DNA of 64,000 bases, from NCBI GenBank assembly GCA_036172245.1, contig JAYWIR010000010.1, positions 3,534,001 to 3,598,000 of the forward strand, in the 5' to 3' direction. How positions within the stretch are numbered: the stretch's first letter is position 1; the number at the start of each line of letters is the position of its first letter. Below are positions 1 to 12,700 of the stretch, in pieces. Under the pieces are notes generated by a model. The model ran no database searches. It saw only the letters and a program-made list of their open reading frames with translations, and was not told the DNA's origin. The position numbers and the translations under genes are program-made. Origin of the DNA: Raillietiella orientalis. Taxonomy: Eukaryota.

Positions 1-1190
1 CAGCAGGGTTGTCCAAACCCAACATTTTGGAATGTTTCTTGGGAACTCAAGGCTACTTTGCAGAAAAGTAGCAGTCTCGAAGGCAAGAAGCAGAAGAGAG
101 AAGAAAGGCATTCGACTGAAATTTGGGAATTAAAGAAAACTGAGGGTTAGAATATCGGGAAATGTAGTGGTTTAACACCCGGGTGCTCCGGGGCGTTTAT
201 TATATAAAATAAACATACAAAGTGTAGGGCCATGGGCCCTACAACGTCTGAAAGAGCTCGGAACTTGTCGAGTAACCGGCACGCAGACCGGCGAGGTTCG
301 TGGGGGAGGGAATGTGGTGGTAGTTGCCACCTGTGTGGTAGCAGGTTCGTTTGTCCTGAATGCGCGCAATCCATTGTGGCCAATCAGCTGTTCGCCCTGT
401 TCTGAGTACTTTCGTCACAGCGAACAGTTGCCAGATCCATGCCACGGTTTTCTATTCTTTTTTTTTTTCCAGCCAAGTAAATGCACTCAACTTTTTTTCC
501 TCTGCGAAAACTTGCACGTGCTCCCATTTCCTTTTTTATTCGCAGATCAAACCTCTTAAGCGCTTCCGTCAAGAAGCACGCCGGATGTACAAAGAGCCAT
601 ACCGTAATCGACTTTACGTCAACAGAGTTCCTTCATCTTGCCAATTATGAGACCCATGGAAGCGGAATAGGAAATGATTAAGGTCACATGGGAATGCACA
701 GGTGTCTTAAGTTTTCGTTCCCTCTGCAGACCTCAGCGGCAAACAACCTGAGGGGGCCGCTTATAGTAGCGTGGATGTGGCTAAATTTGGATCACCCATG
801 GGGGGGACCTGACAACATGCAACTTGCAGATCATAGTAGACCGTCAGAGCAAGCAAAAAATAGACCCACGGGTCTTTTACTATGCCAACAAACATGTAGA
901 TAGGTGTTTTCAGTAGGTTAACAAAAGGTTACATAGGAAAGTGATCCCCAAATGCAAAGGGAGAAGGTAACATAAAATGTGCATTCCGGAGAGGGAATTT
1001 CCAAACAGAAAGGAGGAATCTGGAAGTAGGAATTGCATTTCTGTTTCATAAAGCAAGAGAAGTCGGAAGCTGACAATACAAGAGAACGGAGGTAAATGTT
1101 AGCAAAGGACAGTTTAAGAATGTGAGGCAACCCACCTTTGAGAATCGATGGACTGGACTTGAGATCCAGTTGCTGGACCAAGCATGCTGT
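1..1190 (-). pseudogene. Degraded leucine-rich-repeat coding region, possibly the LRR half of an LRRC8-like gene; runs off the window edge
   Basis: Manual minus-strand translation across stops and frameshifts gives LRR-like pieces: QLDLKSS..LPHILKLSFANIYLRSLVLS..QIPPFCLEIPS (ORF 918-1181); YMFVGIVKDPWVYFLLAL; NENLRHLCI..IPLPWVS (compare LRRC8A RENLRALHI..IPLWIYSL); LSDVVGPMALHFVCL; VPQETFQNV. Confidence 0.45.
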
Positions 1191-1639
1191 TTCATTATTA
1201 ATTTTTATAAGCCTTGAATTTCATCTTAAAATTGTCGATGTCTTCCATTCTGACGCAAAAGGAATGCATGAGATCATTTTTTCAAGAGGAAAAAATTCCT
1301 TAAAACAAATGAAACGATTGCAAAACCACAGCATCGGTAAAGTTATGTACCTTCACGAAGGATTTTCCTCGAAGATTCTCATTTAACTCCTAGCATTGAG
1401 TCTTCCATCTCTGTGGCTTCGCAAGGCCTCTCGTTTTCTCGACATACTTTAGGTGAAAGATTTTCTGCCATTTTCTTTTTAATTGAATTGATCAGTTTTC
1501 AGAAGTCAGCCCTGCTGTCTCCCAAAGTAAAAAGGGATCATCGCAACAGCAGTATGATCCATCAGTCCTTGAAAATCCCTTTATACATTGGAAGCTCACT
1601 CGAACATGCCAGGAACGGCCACGGTAACTTTTGTGAAGG

Positions 1640-3430
1640 AAAATTCCAATTTCGTATACTCGCAACTTGAACAGACACTGAAAACTGTACGCGAATTTGC
1701 ATAGAAATAGAGGATGGGAGGGATTAGTTGTCCAGAGCATGATTCAAATGAGCACTGTGGAGGATGCTGGAAAAGAAAAGAGGAGAAAAATTAAGAAGGG
1801 ATTGGATGAAGATCCGTTCAAGTGCCTCAAAGTACTATCTTCAGAAAAGCGGCACGCTACTGATTTGCATAGCAGCCATTTTGCATTTTTTTTTTTTAAC
1901 TTGAGCAGCTTGATTTCTCCTTTGCTCTCCTTTGATCTTCTGTATCACCTCGCATTGATGATATGACATCATGAGGCGGCAAATTTCATCTCAAGGAGAA
2001 CACAACCCAGTCACGATCACTTCCTTTTTTTATAAGAGAAAGAACGCGGTCTTCTTGTAGCAGCCTGGGCTGCAGCATCTGCAAAACGCTTGGTGATGAC
2101 CGTTGCCATGAGGCGTGGGTAGATCTTCCACCCAATCATCCTCGGCCAATCCCAATACGCCCTATAAGGGTTAGCAGCAGCTCAAAGAAAGCCTACGATA
2201 AGGTCACACGCATGCAAACCTGGAATGGGAGGGCGAGAAGCACGAAACACAGCACCGAAGAAACACTTTGAACGCAAGTTGTGTCCATAGTTTGAGACGG
2301 ATATCAAACGCCCTCTCAAAAGCACATCTTTCGTTCGCCTTTTCCTGGGAAGAGAAAGAGCAAACGAAGGATTGGCAAATCTCTCTTGACTGACCTGGAT
2401 TCACTGGAAGCAGAAAGATAAGCGAAAGAAAGATGGAAGCGAGATAATCCAACAGAAATTATTTTTCGAATTCCTACGGATCGTCTCTCGGAGCGTGAAA
2501 TCTGCTTGGAAGTTTCTTGTGAAAGAAATTCTGATCCATATCATGGTCAAGCGATCACCACATCTGTAAGCACAGCAATCTTCCTTTCTTCGAGCTGTGA
2601 TGACGGCTTTCCAAAGTCCAATCCTGATTGAAAAGTTTTCTTTATTTCTCTATTATGAGACGAAAAAAAAAAAAAAACCCACTCAAAAAGCAAAGAAGTG
2701 GCAGCTTTTCATTTGCCGATTGCTGATACGGTATCTTGTAAGTGCATTTGAAAATACGAAGCAAAGAAAACAGTCTGTTTATCCGCCTCGGGGTCTCTCT
2801 CAGCATGTTCTTCGGAGTCATGACGAACTCTTCAGGCTGTGCTAAGCGATTCTCCCGAGTTTCTTTGGTCTCCTTACTTAATCTGCGGGGAACTGATTTC
2901 TTCCCTTATCTGCTTCCTAAAATATCATCACACTACAGCGCTTTTTAAAACATCCGGTCATCGAAGTTTTCCCTAATACATCCACAGATGCGTTAACCAT
3001 ATGCATTACTACACTAATTTTGGCTGATCTGATGGATTCCGTACATTAGTGTGCATCTTTCCTTTTAAAATAAATCTCACGAAAAAGTGACTGCGCTCGC
3101 TTCTATCCGTTTCTGCATGCTGTTTTCTTTTCTTATAGAGAATAATCTATGAACAGAATAAGCAGCGTTCATTTTCCTGCCAGCTCATCGGGGTCTTCCA
3201 TTTATGAAAACATCTTCACAATAACGAAGGACGGAATGAAAAGTTGATCATTCAAGGTCGTCAAACCAAACCATCAAGTCATGATTTGATTCGGTGGTTT
3301 GATTAGGGTGAATTGGGGACTCTTTTCCTGCTGCAGCACAAACAGGGTCATCGTGGGTCTCACACTGCACGAAAGGACCGAGCGTGTCTGAATCCCTTTC
3401 AGAACACAGAGCACCACAATGAAGAATCAT
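1640..3430 (-). pseudogene. Degraded Cys-rich region with several Sina/SIAH-RING-like motifs
   Basis: Minus-strand pieces: LHCGALC..PFVQCETHDDPVC (~3430-3335), CSNAYG*RICGC (~3010-2975), LRCCVSC (~2260) and PPQCSFESCSGQLIPPILY..VCSSC (~1775-1655, after the strong acceptor cttttcttttccag). Many stops. Confidence 0.25.
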
Positions 3431-4479
3431 CCACAACGAAGAGTGCTGCTTGAGTCGCAGCTCAAAACGTTTCGATACGAAGCCCAACTGAGTCCTCCGA
3501 TGAAGAACTATCTTTTCCTGACCTCAATCTGAATTGGACTCCCGGAACTTGCGAGAATTCGGCGCTTTTTTTTTTTTTTTTTTCATTCATTCCAATCATG
3601 ATAAGCAAAGTCATTGAGTTCCATTCAGTGTGCACTCTGGGGCGATGGGGTCTTCTAACGTCGTTGTAGGTTGTAGGTGGCCTTAATTCCAGAATGATAT
3701 TAGACTCGTGTTTGAAGCTTCTGATGCCTTGAGTCTAATCATTAATCGAATCACTCCTTCTGACTGATTAATAAGAATGCCATTCAGAACACGCTTGTTT
3801 TCCAAGAACCCTCTCTCCTTTACTATTTTAGATATATACGTGTATATGTACAGTGATTTAACTAACGATCTTACTTAAGAAGACCCAAGCAGCTGAGTTT
3901 CCCATCAACAAAGAATGTATGAAAGATGTCTAAAAAGACATGCAAGGACCAGATTTGCAATTCCCGAAATTTCTCTCCGGAAAATAAATCAAGATGTGCC
4001 AATGAACTGTGGAGAGAGGAAAACGAGATTTCGAAATCACGGAATAAGACATCAGCATCTTTCCTTAACGGGGAAGAATCTTTCCAAAGTTTCAGTTTTT
4101 CAGAATGATTGCTCTAGTCTCTCGTATCTGATGTGCCATCAAACTAAACAGGAACTCTGTACTCTAGTGAACTGGGTGCTGTTGCCAGATGAACCCATAA
4201 GCTATGAAAATATAAAGTGCAAAAGGGTAGAAATCCTCCACCAACCCTTTCCGTGATAAGAACATTAACCAACGTTTACGTCATTACGGTTCAGAAAGCG
4301 CTGTCGTTAGTCTGCCCGTCTATTCCGACGAGATCAATCTTGACAGCTGTTAAGCTTGTTGCATTCTTCTTTTCAATGTGTACTCAGCTCCTGTGATGAG
4401 ACATGTATGAAAATATCATCAAAGACAAGAATGGAAAGACAACTGTGCTCTTCCTGACCTTTGTGTAATCTGTCCATCT

Positions 4480-5550
4480 TTCCCAAACATCAGCTCAAAA
4501 AGGATATGTGTGCTACATATGCAATCAGCTGATGAATTTAGAGGGAAGATTATATCCACAATGACAGTGAATTCTCCTGTACTATTCTACTCAGGAGCTT
4601 CAAATGAGCTTGGGTTTCTGAATCTGCATTAGAACTGGCGTGCGTTCCAGGTACACTTTAAAAACCTTGGTACAGGAATCATAATGACTAGTCAATAAGG
4701 GTTCCTTAGTATATTTATACACTTGTTTTATTGGTTCATTTTTCATTACTCATTCTTCTAAAATGGAAAATTACAATGCTGTAAAGTCTCTGAAACATTT
4801 TTCGTCGCTACTAATCTGATCGAGTAAGATATCAGAGTAGATTAAGAAGGAACTAAAAAGTCCATTGGACGGAAGGCTTCATCAGTCTCTTACAACAGTT
4901 CGTCGGAATTAAACCATTATGAATTCCTTTATGATCAAATGTCACTGGTGGAATGGAAATTACACATATGTATCGTTAAATCTTATAGCCGAGTTAACAT
5001 CAAGGACATCCTATAGAAGACTGGCACATTGGACACCACCTTTCTTTGACTTCTGAAGAATAGGTACACGAAAATACCATAGGCAAAATGTGAGATAGTT
5101 CTAGAATGATTAGCGGGTTTTAAGATGAAGGAGTGTGAGTCATACTTTCATCTTAAAAAAATACAAAAAAGCGGATGCAGGAGCATATAACTGCTTTGCC
5201 CAAAGTACCAAGCGCTGGAGATATGCCCCGGAAGCAATAAAAGATCGAGATCTGGAATGCTGCTGAACTGTAGACAATTATCGTGAATGGAAGAGTCAAA
5301 GAACGAGAGACTGTAGGTCCTTTGTGGTTAGATATTAAGAGTTAATCACTCGGGCAGACATAAACTCGACTCCCTTTGTTGAATATTTTAATGAACCTCA
5401 GCCGCTGAAAATCGTTCTCATCATTTTCCTTCACAAATCCATGGATAATGAGGAGGAACGATGCGGCGTTTATCAACTAAACCAAACCACACGTATGGAT
5501 GATGAACTCGTGCACACTCGTCCGGTACTAATTTTTTAAGGCATAAAATG
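4480..5550 (+). mobile_element. Probable hAT (Ac/ZBED-type) transposase relic
   Basis: Ordered degenerate motifs on +: KSLKHFSS; LQQFVGIKPL..KCHWWNGNY (TRWNSTY-like); LTSEE* (L...EW); ITALPK (ATLLDPR-like); EYFNEP; and C-terminal TRMDDELVH..LIFK (dimerisation-domain end). Heavily frameshifted; no TIRs found. Confidence 0.35.
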
Positions 5551-7199
5551 AAGATTACGGTTGAAGCCTTTCAACGTGGGCTTGCTAATATTAATTGGCA
5601 ACAAATCCTTCAACCAAAACTACTCAGCAACGCTGAGGAGGCGTGAATAAAAATTTGCTTCAAATGTTCCAGATTGTGATGTTGCTCATCGTTCATGGTC
5701 CCAATCATTTTTATCGGTCTCGAATGAAGAGTTTCCGAAAAGTGAATGCTAGCAGAAGAATGCCAAGGCGTTTCCAGAAATATTTTTTGCTTGTACATTT
5801 TGTCTTGTTCGAATCAACCACCTCAATGGAATTCTCAAGGTAAAGTCTCCTCTTGTTTTCCGTCGCATGCGGAATCACGTTGGCCTTTTTGAAACTGATC
5901 GGTTTTATTAAGTACATTCTTCAGCGATGGGCTCAGTTTCGTAGCGTGGAGTGCTTTTGTGGAATCCAAATGGTGGATCAGACATGGCAGCCGTGAATAC
6001 ACCTTGGGCTTCGGAGCAACAAGAGCGCCTTGCAGTTCTCGTTTGGGGATTTTCAGCTTTGCCCTCCCCCGCGTATCTTAAGAACCCTTCCAAAGTGCCC
6101 CCCAGTCGCTCCCTTAAAAACCACCACGAACGGAAACAACGAAAAGTAATCACCTCAAGCTGTCGGCATCACGACTCTTTCGTGCGACCGCACATCGACT
6201 TCTGCGTGAAAATCAACCCAATTCGTGCGTATGGCAAGCCTTTCAAAGTTTTTGCGAAGGTCTCCCTCCGCCCATTATACGGACCGAAAAACCCGAAAGT
6301 TCCTCACTTCCCCACCTAGGAAAACCACTGGGAGGACTTTTGTAAAATGACCAGGAATAAGTGCTCTCGTGGACGTTTTTCATAGATTCAGGATTACCGT
6401 TTCCGATAACATTCTTTTCGTACAAAACCCGAGAACTAGCGTCGCCTTGGATTCGTTCCTTGGATACGTATTGCAAGCATGCAAACATTTAAAACCTATT
6501 CGGAAACTCCTCTTTAGAATCGAACACATTTTTCGTGCCCAAGAACTTGACTGACATTTAATCGGTAAGAGGTGAAGAGCTTCATCTCCGCGTGCACATA
6601 GCAGCATAACGGGAAAGCACAACTTCGAAGATGTGATCTGCCTCCGACATTTATCTGCGTTGAAAACACTAATAAATACGTGATGGAGGCTTTTATCAAT
6701 TAGTAATGTCAACGTTTCCTCACAAGACTGGGCGTGCATCAATTTTTACAATACCACACAGTTTACCCTTTCCTGTTGCAACGACCACGGAACGTCAGGG
6801 TCACTCTCTCGACTTCCTCGAAGGTCTCATCATGAACCCGAGCGGTCTTGGATTTTCCACTCAAATCGGGTTGTACACTTTCTACAAAGGCTGGCCAGCT
6901 GCCAAACTTGTGTACGAGCATTTCTACAGCTCTACAGTCCACGACATAACTAACCCAATCCGACTTGGAACTCGGAAATTTTCGAGAAAGAAATTCAGAG
7001 GCGATGAAAGTATTTTCTTCCTTCGTAGTAGCTGGTTTACCTCAACTGTGAAGACGTAGTAGTATCTGTGAATAATGCCTATTGGAAAGAATCAATCAAG
7101 AAGACGCCATTTTAACGCAGATTATTATGTGAAATCACACAATGAATCCAATTCTTCAGATTCCTCAATACATTCCCGACTTTCGACATAGCCGTACCA

Positions 7200-7860
7200 G
7201 AGGCTACTTGACCCATAAACAAATACAAAGCATTGTCACCCACACCACGAAGCCACAGATCAAGGCCACAACTTGTTTTGTATCTTGCTCACCTTTCAAG
7301 CTCCTTTAACAGATAGAGGTAACAGGTACATAAGTTGGAAGGGACAAGAGATCCAACAGGTTTCAACTTTTAAGCTCAAGTGAATTAAAACCAGGCAGAA
7401 AAAACAATAATATAACGGGAAACCACAGGAGCCGGGTTCCTGGAATTCCTCATGCAAAAACAATACAATTATAAATATTATGTTGATGCTACTAATTTAT
7501 TTCCGAAACTATCTTCTAATTCACTTGACCATATTTAAGCAAGTGAATCTTCTTAGAATACAGCTAAACAAGTCTCAGAAATGAAGCTCCTCAAGAGAAA
7601 TACTTCAGGATGATCATACTTGCCAAATTCCATAAACAACTGCAATTCTTCCCCAACTATTTAACGGGAATCGAAGCTCTGATGCGATGCACATACACCT
7701 CATGGACTGAAGCAGTATGACAACATTAAGTGTATGCGGATGTTAAATGAAGCCACACTTCTTCATTCCCATAATGGGGGCGATGATGCCATGACAAAAG
7801 ATTGTCACTTGACACTTTAATGGAATCAACACCTACCAGCTTACATGAAGCAATCTACTG
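7200..7860 (-). pseudogene. LRRC8-like fragment: extracellular loop 2, TM4, intracellular linker and start of the LRRs
   Basis: SCKLVGVDSIK../TIFCHGIIAPIM resembles the two-Cys second loop. SFDSR*IVGEELQLFMEFGKYDHPEVFLLRSFISET resembles LRRC8A YSFES..[41 protein letters not shown] at ~7360 resembles the first LRR-like segment. Confidence 0.5.
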
Positions 7861-8539
7861 ATTGCAAGAGGTTTTTCAATAAATATAGATTTTAAAAGCA
7901 TCCATTGTAAACCAGGATCAGTTACTGAATGATTTAAAATTCACAAATTCCCATTCAAAAAAGTTTAATCATGCTTTCTTTGATTACAAATCATAGTACT
8001 CAAAAGCATCTTTCTTCAAATTATAAACTGGATATTGAACACTGATTTCAAATCCTTACTACTCGAGCAATAAATAATAAAAGCCAAAGTAACTTTTCAT
8101 ACCTCTGCTCACTCATTACACTATCCAAAGTTAGAATTCAGAAATCTCCACACTTAAAATGATTTTTAAATAACCTCTGTTTGTTTTACTTTCTGAACCG
8201 CAAGAAATCTTAAATTAAATCTTCCCTATAGTAAATAATTATAAGTTCGTTATTTCCAAGTTACTGAAAATACATTTATTTTTTGGAAAAAAAACAGATA
8301 TAGTTTCCACTTAAAATGACAAATATTGAAATCTCCCTAGGATTAACTGATCACTTCAATTTTACAATCACCTCTTGATAGACACATCTTGATATAGGAA
8401 TTAATACTTGTAATCTGATCAACTTACTGCATGCTTTATCTGCATCTTGTTTCAACACTAGGCCTCACTTTTTAATCAAATGCATTCAATTTTTGAAAGA
8501 CTGGATCCCCAAATGCAGACATTTGACCTTGACCCTCAC

Positions 8540-8635
8540 CCACAATGCTTTGGCTCCAACACTTTACAAACTGCTTTGCATAATTCGAAGACCACATGAT
8601 GATGAAAACATAAATAGATGATTTCCATGTTTCCT
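8540..8635 (-). pseudogene. Possible LRRC8-like TM3 fragment
   Basis: EIIYLCFHHHVVFELCKAVCKVL resembles LRRC8A DIVYRLYMRQTIIKVIKF and is collinear with the neighbouring fragments. Short, so weak on its own. Confidence 0.3.
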
Positions 8636-8902
8636 GGCATCTTTACGAAAATTTAAATGGTGAAAAAATGAAAACACCAATACACAAAAATTCAAAAAAG
8701 AGGAGGGAAAATCTGTAACATGTGGCAATAAAATTGGATGAATATGCAAATTCCAGCAGATACCAAATGTGATTTCTTGATCACATCATGCAATCGATTT
8801 GTTTACAATTAATCCAAAATAGAAGCATGTTCCTTTAGTTAGCATGTGACATCAGAAAATCACATGGAACACGGGATATTCAACAGCTTCCTCATTTCCT
8901 CT

Positions 8903-10215
8903 TCAGTATGGCGTTGGTTCTGTAACCTCCATATTTTTCAGCACTACAGAATACGCCAACAAGCATCGAAACCTGAAAATTCACACCTTTATTGTTGATG
9001 AACATGGGATTTTTTTTCCCTTCATGGGAGAAATGTAATCAGTAAGCGAACATTCAATCACTAGTCATAACTCAGTCCGCCCATCGCAACTCATCCTTTG
9101 GGGAAATCTAATGGGAATTGTAAATAAAAAAATCCATACCCAAGACAGCTCATCCATGAGAATATAACCAGGGAATCGCTGCTTGCAGCCTCGATGACCG
9201 ACGTATACGGATTAATTCCACATTTCTTCGTTTCGCGAACAATTCTATACGAAAAACGAACATTTAATTCTAACTAAAAAACGCTTTCAATTCACTTCAA
9301 AAAAGAAACAAGGGATTCCAGCTATTTTAAAATTAACAAAAACAAAACACAGCTAAATAAATCTATCCTTCAAAAAATTATAGTATGGCAAAATCTGCCA
9401 AATGCATCAAAAATCACAATTTCAATTATACTTAATGCTTCAAGAAATGCACATAAAGCTTACAAGTAACGTAATGCATAGACATAATCAAGAAAATCAT
9501 ACCTAAGTAAACATGCATCTTTTCCGAAGCTCTATTTATTTTTGACACTCACGATACCAACCATTTTTCGGATCACGGAAAACGTACTCCAAGGATGGCC
9601 GACAGCACGCACGGCAGGCGTGAATGCCAGAGTTGCCACGCGGTTGAAACTTGCAGCTCTCTGCGGGGTTCGCAAAACTCTGAAACCACTGCAAACTATT
9701 AAATAAAGAAATTCCTTCAAAAACTGGTAGATAAATGAGAAATTTTGATCTATGAAAGTTACTAGATCCAAAATAGTGGTACATCTGTGATGTTCATGCT
9801 TCTTAAACTTAAGAGTAATGAAAAAAATATAGAGTTGGATACTTTTGAAAAGCTAGATTGCATCATAACCACTAAATATACTAAATATACATGATTATCA
9901 AGCAAAGCTTAGAAATCCATTTGGGGAAATGAATTTACATTTATTTCAGCATAACCACGCGTCTGAATTGCTTTCGAGTTTTGAATTCTTGCAACTGCAA
10001 TTTTTTCACAAAAGCAGTTAGATCAGCAATGGCCTGTGAAACGTATATGGATTATGACATGAAACCTATATACTTGTGAAATATGTGTGTGCTCTTCTCA
10101 GAATTCTGAAAAGATCAAACAAAGAGAGTGTACTTATGTGAAGAATAAGAATCAGCAAATCTGTTTCGTACCTTCTGCGAATGCATCGATGCAATCATAG
10201 ATCAACACAAACATC
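8903..10215 (-). pseudogene. Four-exon spliced model (10215-10172, 9688-9553, 9244-9140, 8972-8903) with one in-frame TGA; product unknown
   Basis: GC-richer islands in AT-rich DNA bounded by AG acceptors and gtacg/gtgagt/gtatgg donors. The phases join to give MFVLIYDCIDAFAEVVSEF..RLPCVLSAILGVRFP*SEKWLVSIVRETKKCGINPY..WMSCLGFRCLLAY..EPTPY*. Confidence 0.35.
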
Positions 10216-11699
10216 CTTTCAAGGAAAATATTTAAAACGTCTATCTTTCAAGAAATAATTGAAAATTATATGACAAGAATATTCCAAAATGTTTTCAAAG
10301 AGCATCGGAACAGAATATTAGAAGTTTGCCGTTGAGCACAAGTGCTGTTTTATGCAATTGCTTGATCATCCAAAACTGAGATTTTGTATAACAGTCAAGT
10401 ATATTTTGTAGAGAATACTTAGTACACAAAATATGACGCGATTATAGATGTTTGAAATCTTTTATCTATTCAATTTCTGACACAAAAGGAATATCTTAGA
10501 AATTCTCTAACACATTAGGAATGATGTGTTATGAGATAAGTTCCCTTTGGCTATTATGGGACTTGAAAAAAATTGGATGTGAGATTTTGTAACATAATGA
10601 ATAACACTTTTAAGTGCTATGCTTAAATTATTTCAGTTCTAAGTTCACATAAAATTGCATGGATCTCTAAAGAAATAATCGGCTTTGCCGACTTGATTAT
10701 ACTTTCAAAACTGTAACAGAAATAGATTCGCAATTTTGAATCCGTACTTCATCAATGCATTAAAGTTAGCCTTCCTAAATATGACTGAAGATAAAGAAAA
10801 CATAATTCCAATTATGAGGATAACATCCCTTATTTTAATAAGTACATAAGATTATTCATATCATGGTTCAGTTCAAAATTTCTCATGGATTTTAGTGACC
10901 GACAGTTTCGAATTCGTTCCATTCATGACTTATCCTCAGCACACAATTCATAGTGTTTCTAGGGATCCAGATACTTTCTTAAAAATGCGTTTACCTATAC
11001 ACGTTTCAGGAAACATGTCCATTTGTGCCAGCAATAGTGTCTTTTTCATCGAAAGGGATAATACTTTACAAACAAACACTAACTGATAGTCCATGTGATC
11101 AAGGAAACCACCTGTGAAACTTAAGTAAAACTGCTTTGGCTTGGCAATGGTTCTACACCCACTACAAACGAGGCTGTAATCAAGTTCTACAAAAGATGCC
11201 TACTACAATGGCAAGCAAAAGATTCCTTCCTGTTTTGAAGGGAACACAGCCAAGTAATCAGAACGGACACTTTCGTGTCAGATTATTTTGAAGGTGTCCT
11301 ACTATAGCGTTATGAAACCACGCCGATAAACCGAAAGGTCGCATGTTCTACACAGTCCTCAACTTTATTCCAAGTAACACAAATACATATAAAGAGACGA
11401 GTAAAGAAACTTTTTTTTTTTTTCCACAAATGAATAGTGCACCAGCGATTCTGAGTATCTTCGTGATTCTGAAATATCAATAGAATCTTCAGAGAAATAT
11501 AATAGCTTGATAAAGCGAAGAATATCAATTTACTAAACTGTAAAGCAAACACTATGTAGATTCCAAAAGGCAGTATGGAATATAAAAAAAAGATTTTTCC
11601 AATTCCACTGTGAAGTCAGTTTCGGGAAGGACGATGGAGCGCGTTCCTTAATCACCCGCAATGCAACCTGCACCAGTCCCATTTCTGGAGAAATTCTCC

Positions 11700-12700
11700 C
11701 GATAACAAACCGTGGAATGAAGAGGGGTCGGAGCATCAGCTCACTCTTCAGTCACTCCAAAGAGGTGCCGATCAAAGAGCCGCTTCGCTGTACCACGCTT
11801 GCACCTTGGAGGAATGCGAAGCAACGGCATTCTTCAGAAAGAGTTTGGAACACAAGCGAGGAAACAGAGAAAAGCGTGCAAGAGCGGATCCGGAAATTTG
11901 CAAAGAATGCAGAGCGACACAGGGAAGTGGAAGTGAAGAGAAACGCTGTCAAGGGCAAAAGTGAGTCGCTTCTGCAGCGACCATGTGCTCAAATCGGGTG
12001 CCGGGCTTCAGGTTAGCATGCTTACTGGTTCTGCGAATCATCTCTCGGGAGCTCACGTCTCGGAAAGCTGTTGCCATGGGGATGCCAAAGGGGCCGAACG
12101 AAGGGTGAGCAAATTTTCCCTTGAAGGAATGCCGAGATTTTGTGCCGCGGCACCAGCGAGATGGAAGAGATGCGGTTTCCGCTTCAGCTTGGAATTCCGA
12201 GCAGGCAGAAAGGAAGCGAAGCGACCGAGTCCAGTCAGGATGTTGGGAAATCGGGAAGCGTTGTTTGGGGTGGATTCCAAGATGCGATTTCCATGGAACG
12301 CAACGACATCCAGCTCAAGGGTGCACGTGAGGCCAGAAACACTGTAAGGAGGGTGCTACGGGACGCGGAGGCGGACGAAGACGGACGCGTTTCTCACCTT
12401 CTCAGCCGATCGAAACGGAAATTGGCAATCTGGAACGGATCGCCCCATCGACAGATAGAGCTGGAGAGCGTTGGCCTTCTCGAGTGTGTGAAAAGAGAGC
12501 ACACCATAAGATGTTTTTCCGTACGATCGCCCTCCGGACCTGCAGCGCCTGCAAGAGTAGCATCCTGGTTACGGGGACAAAAAAGCGAATTGGGAAGTCG
12601 GTCGCTCGCAATGCGGGGTCTGATCGGCGATGTGCACGCCCTGCAACAAACGGGAAAGTTTTCGTGAAGCATTTCGATGCCTGCGGCTGCAGAGAAGCTT
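11700..12700 (+). pseudogene. NACHT/NLR-type NTPase relic
   Basis: In order: SISSLF..LGGM(R/G).. (broken Walker A) ..ERVW; LLVLRIISR (sensor-1 TSR-like); FSLEGM; KRKLAIWNG; LESVGLLECVK..CFSV..LQE*..ASWL (the GLL..F.F.H..QE winged-helix motif). Multiple frameshifts. Confidence 0.45.
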
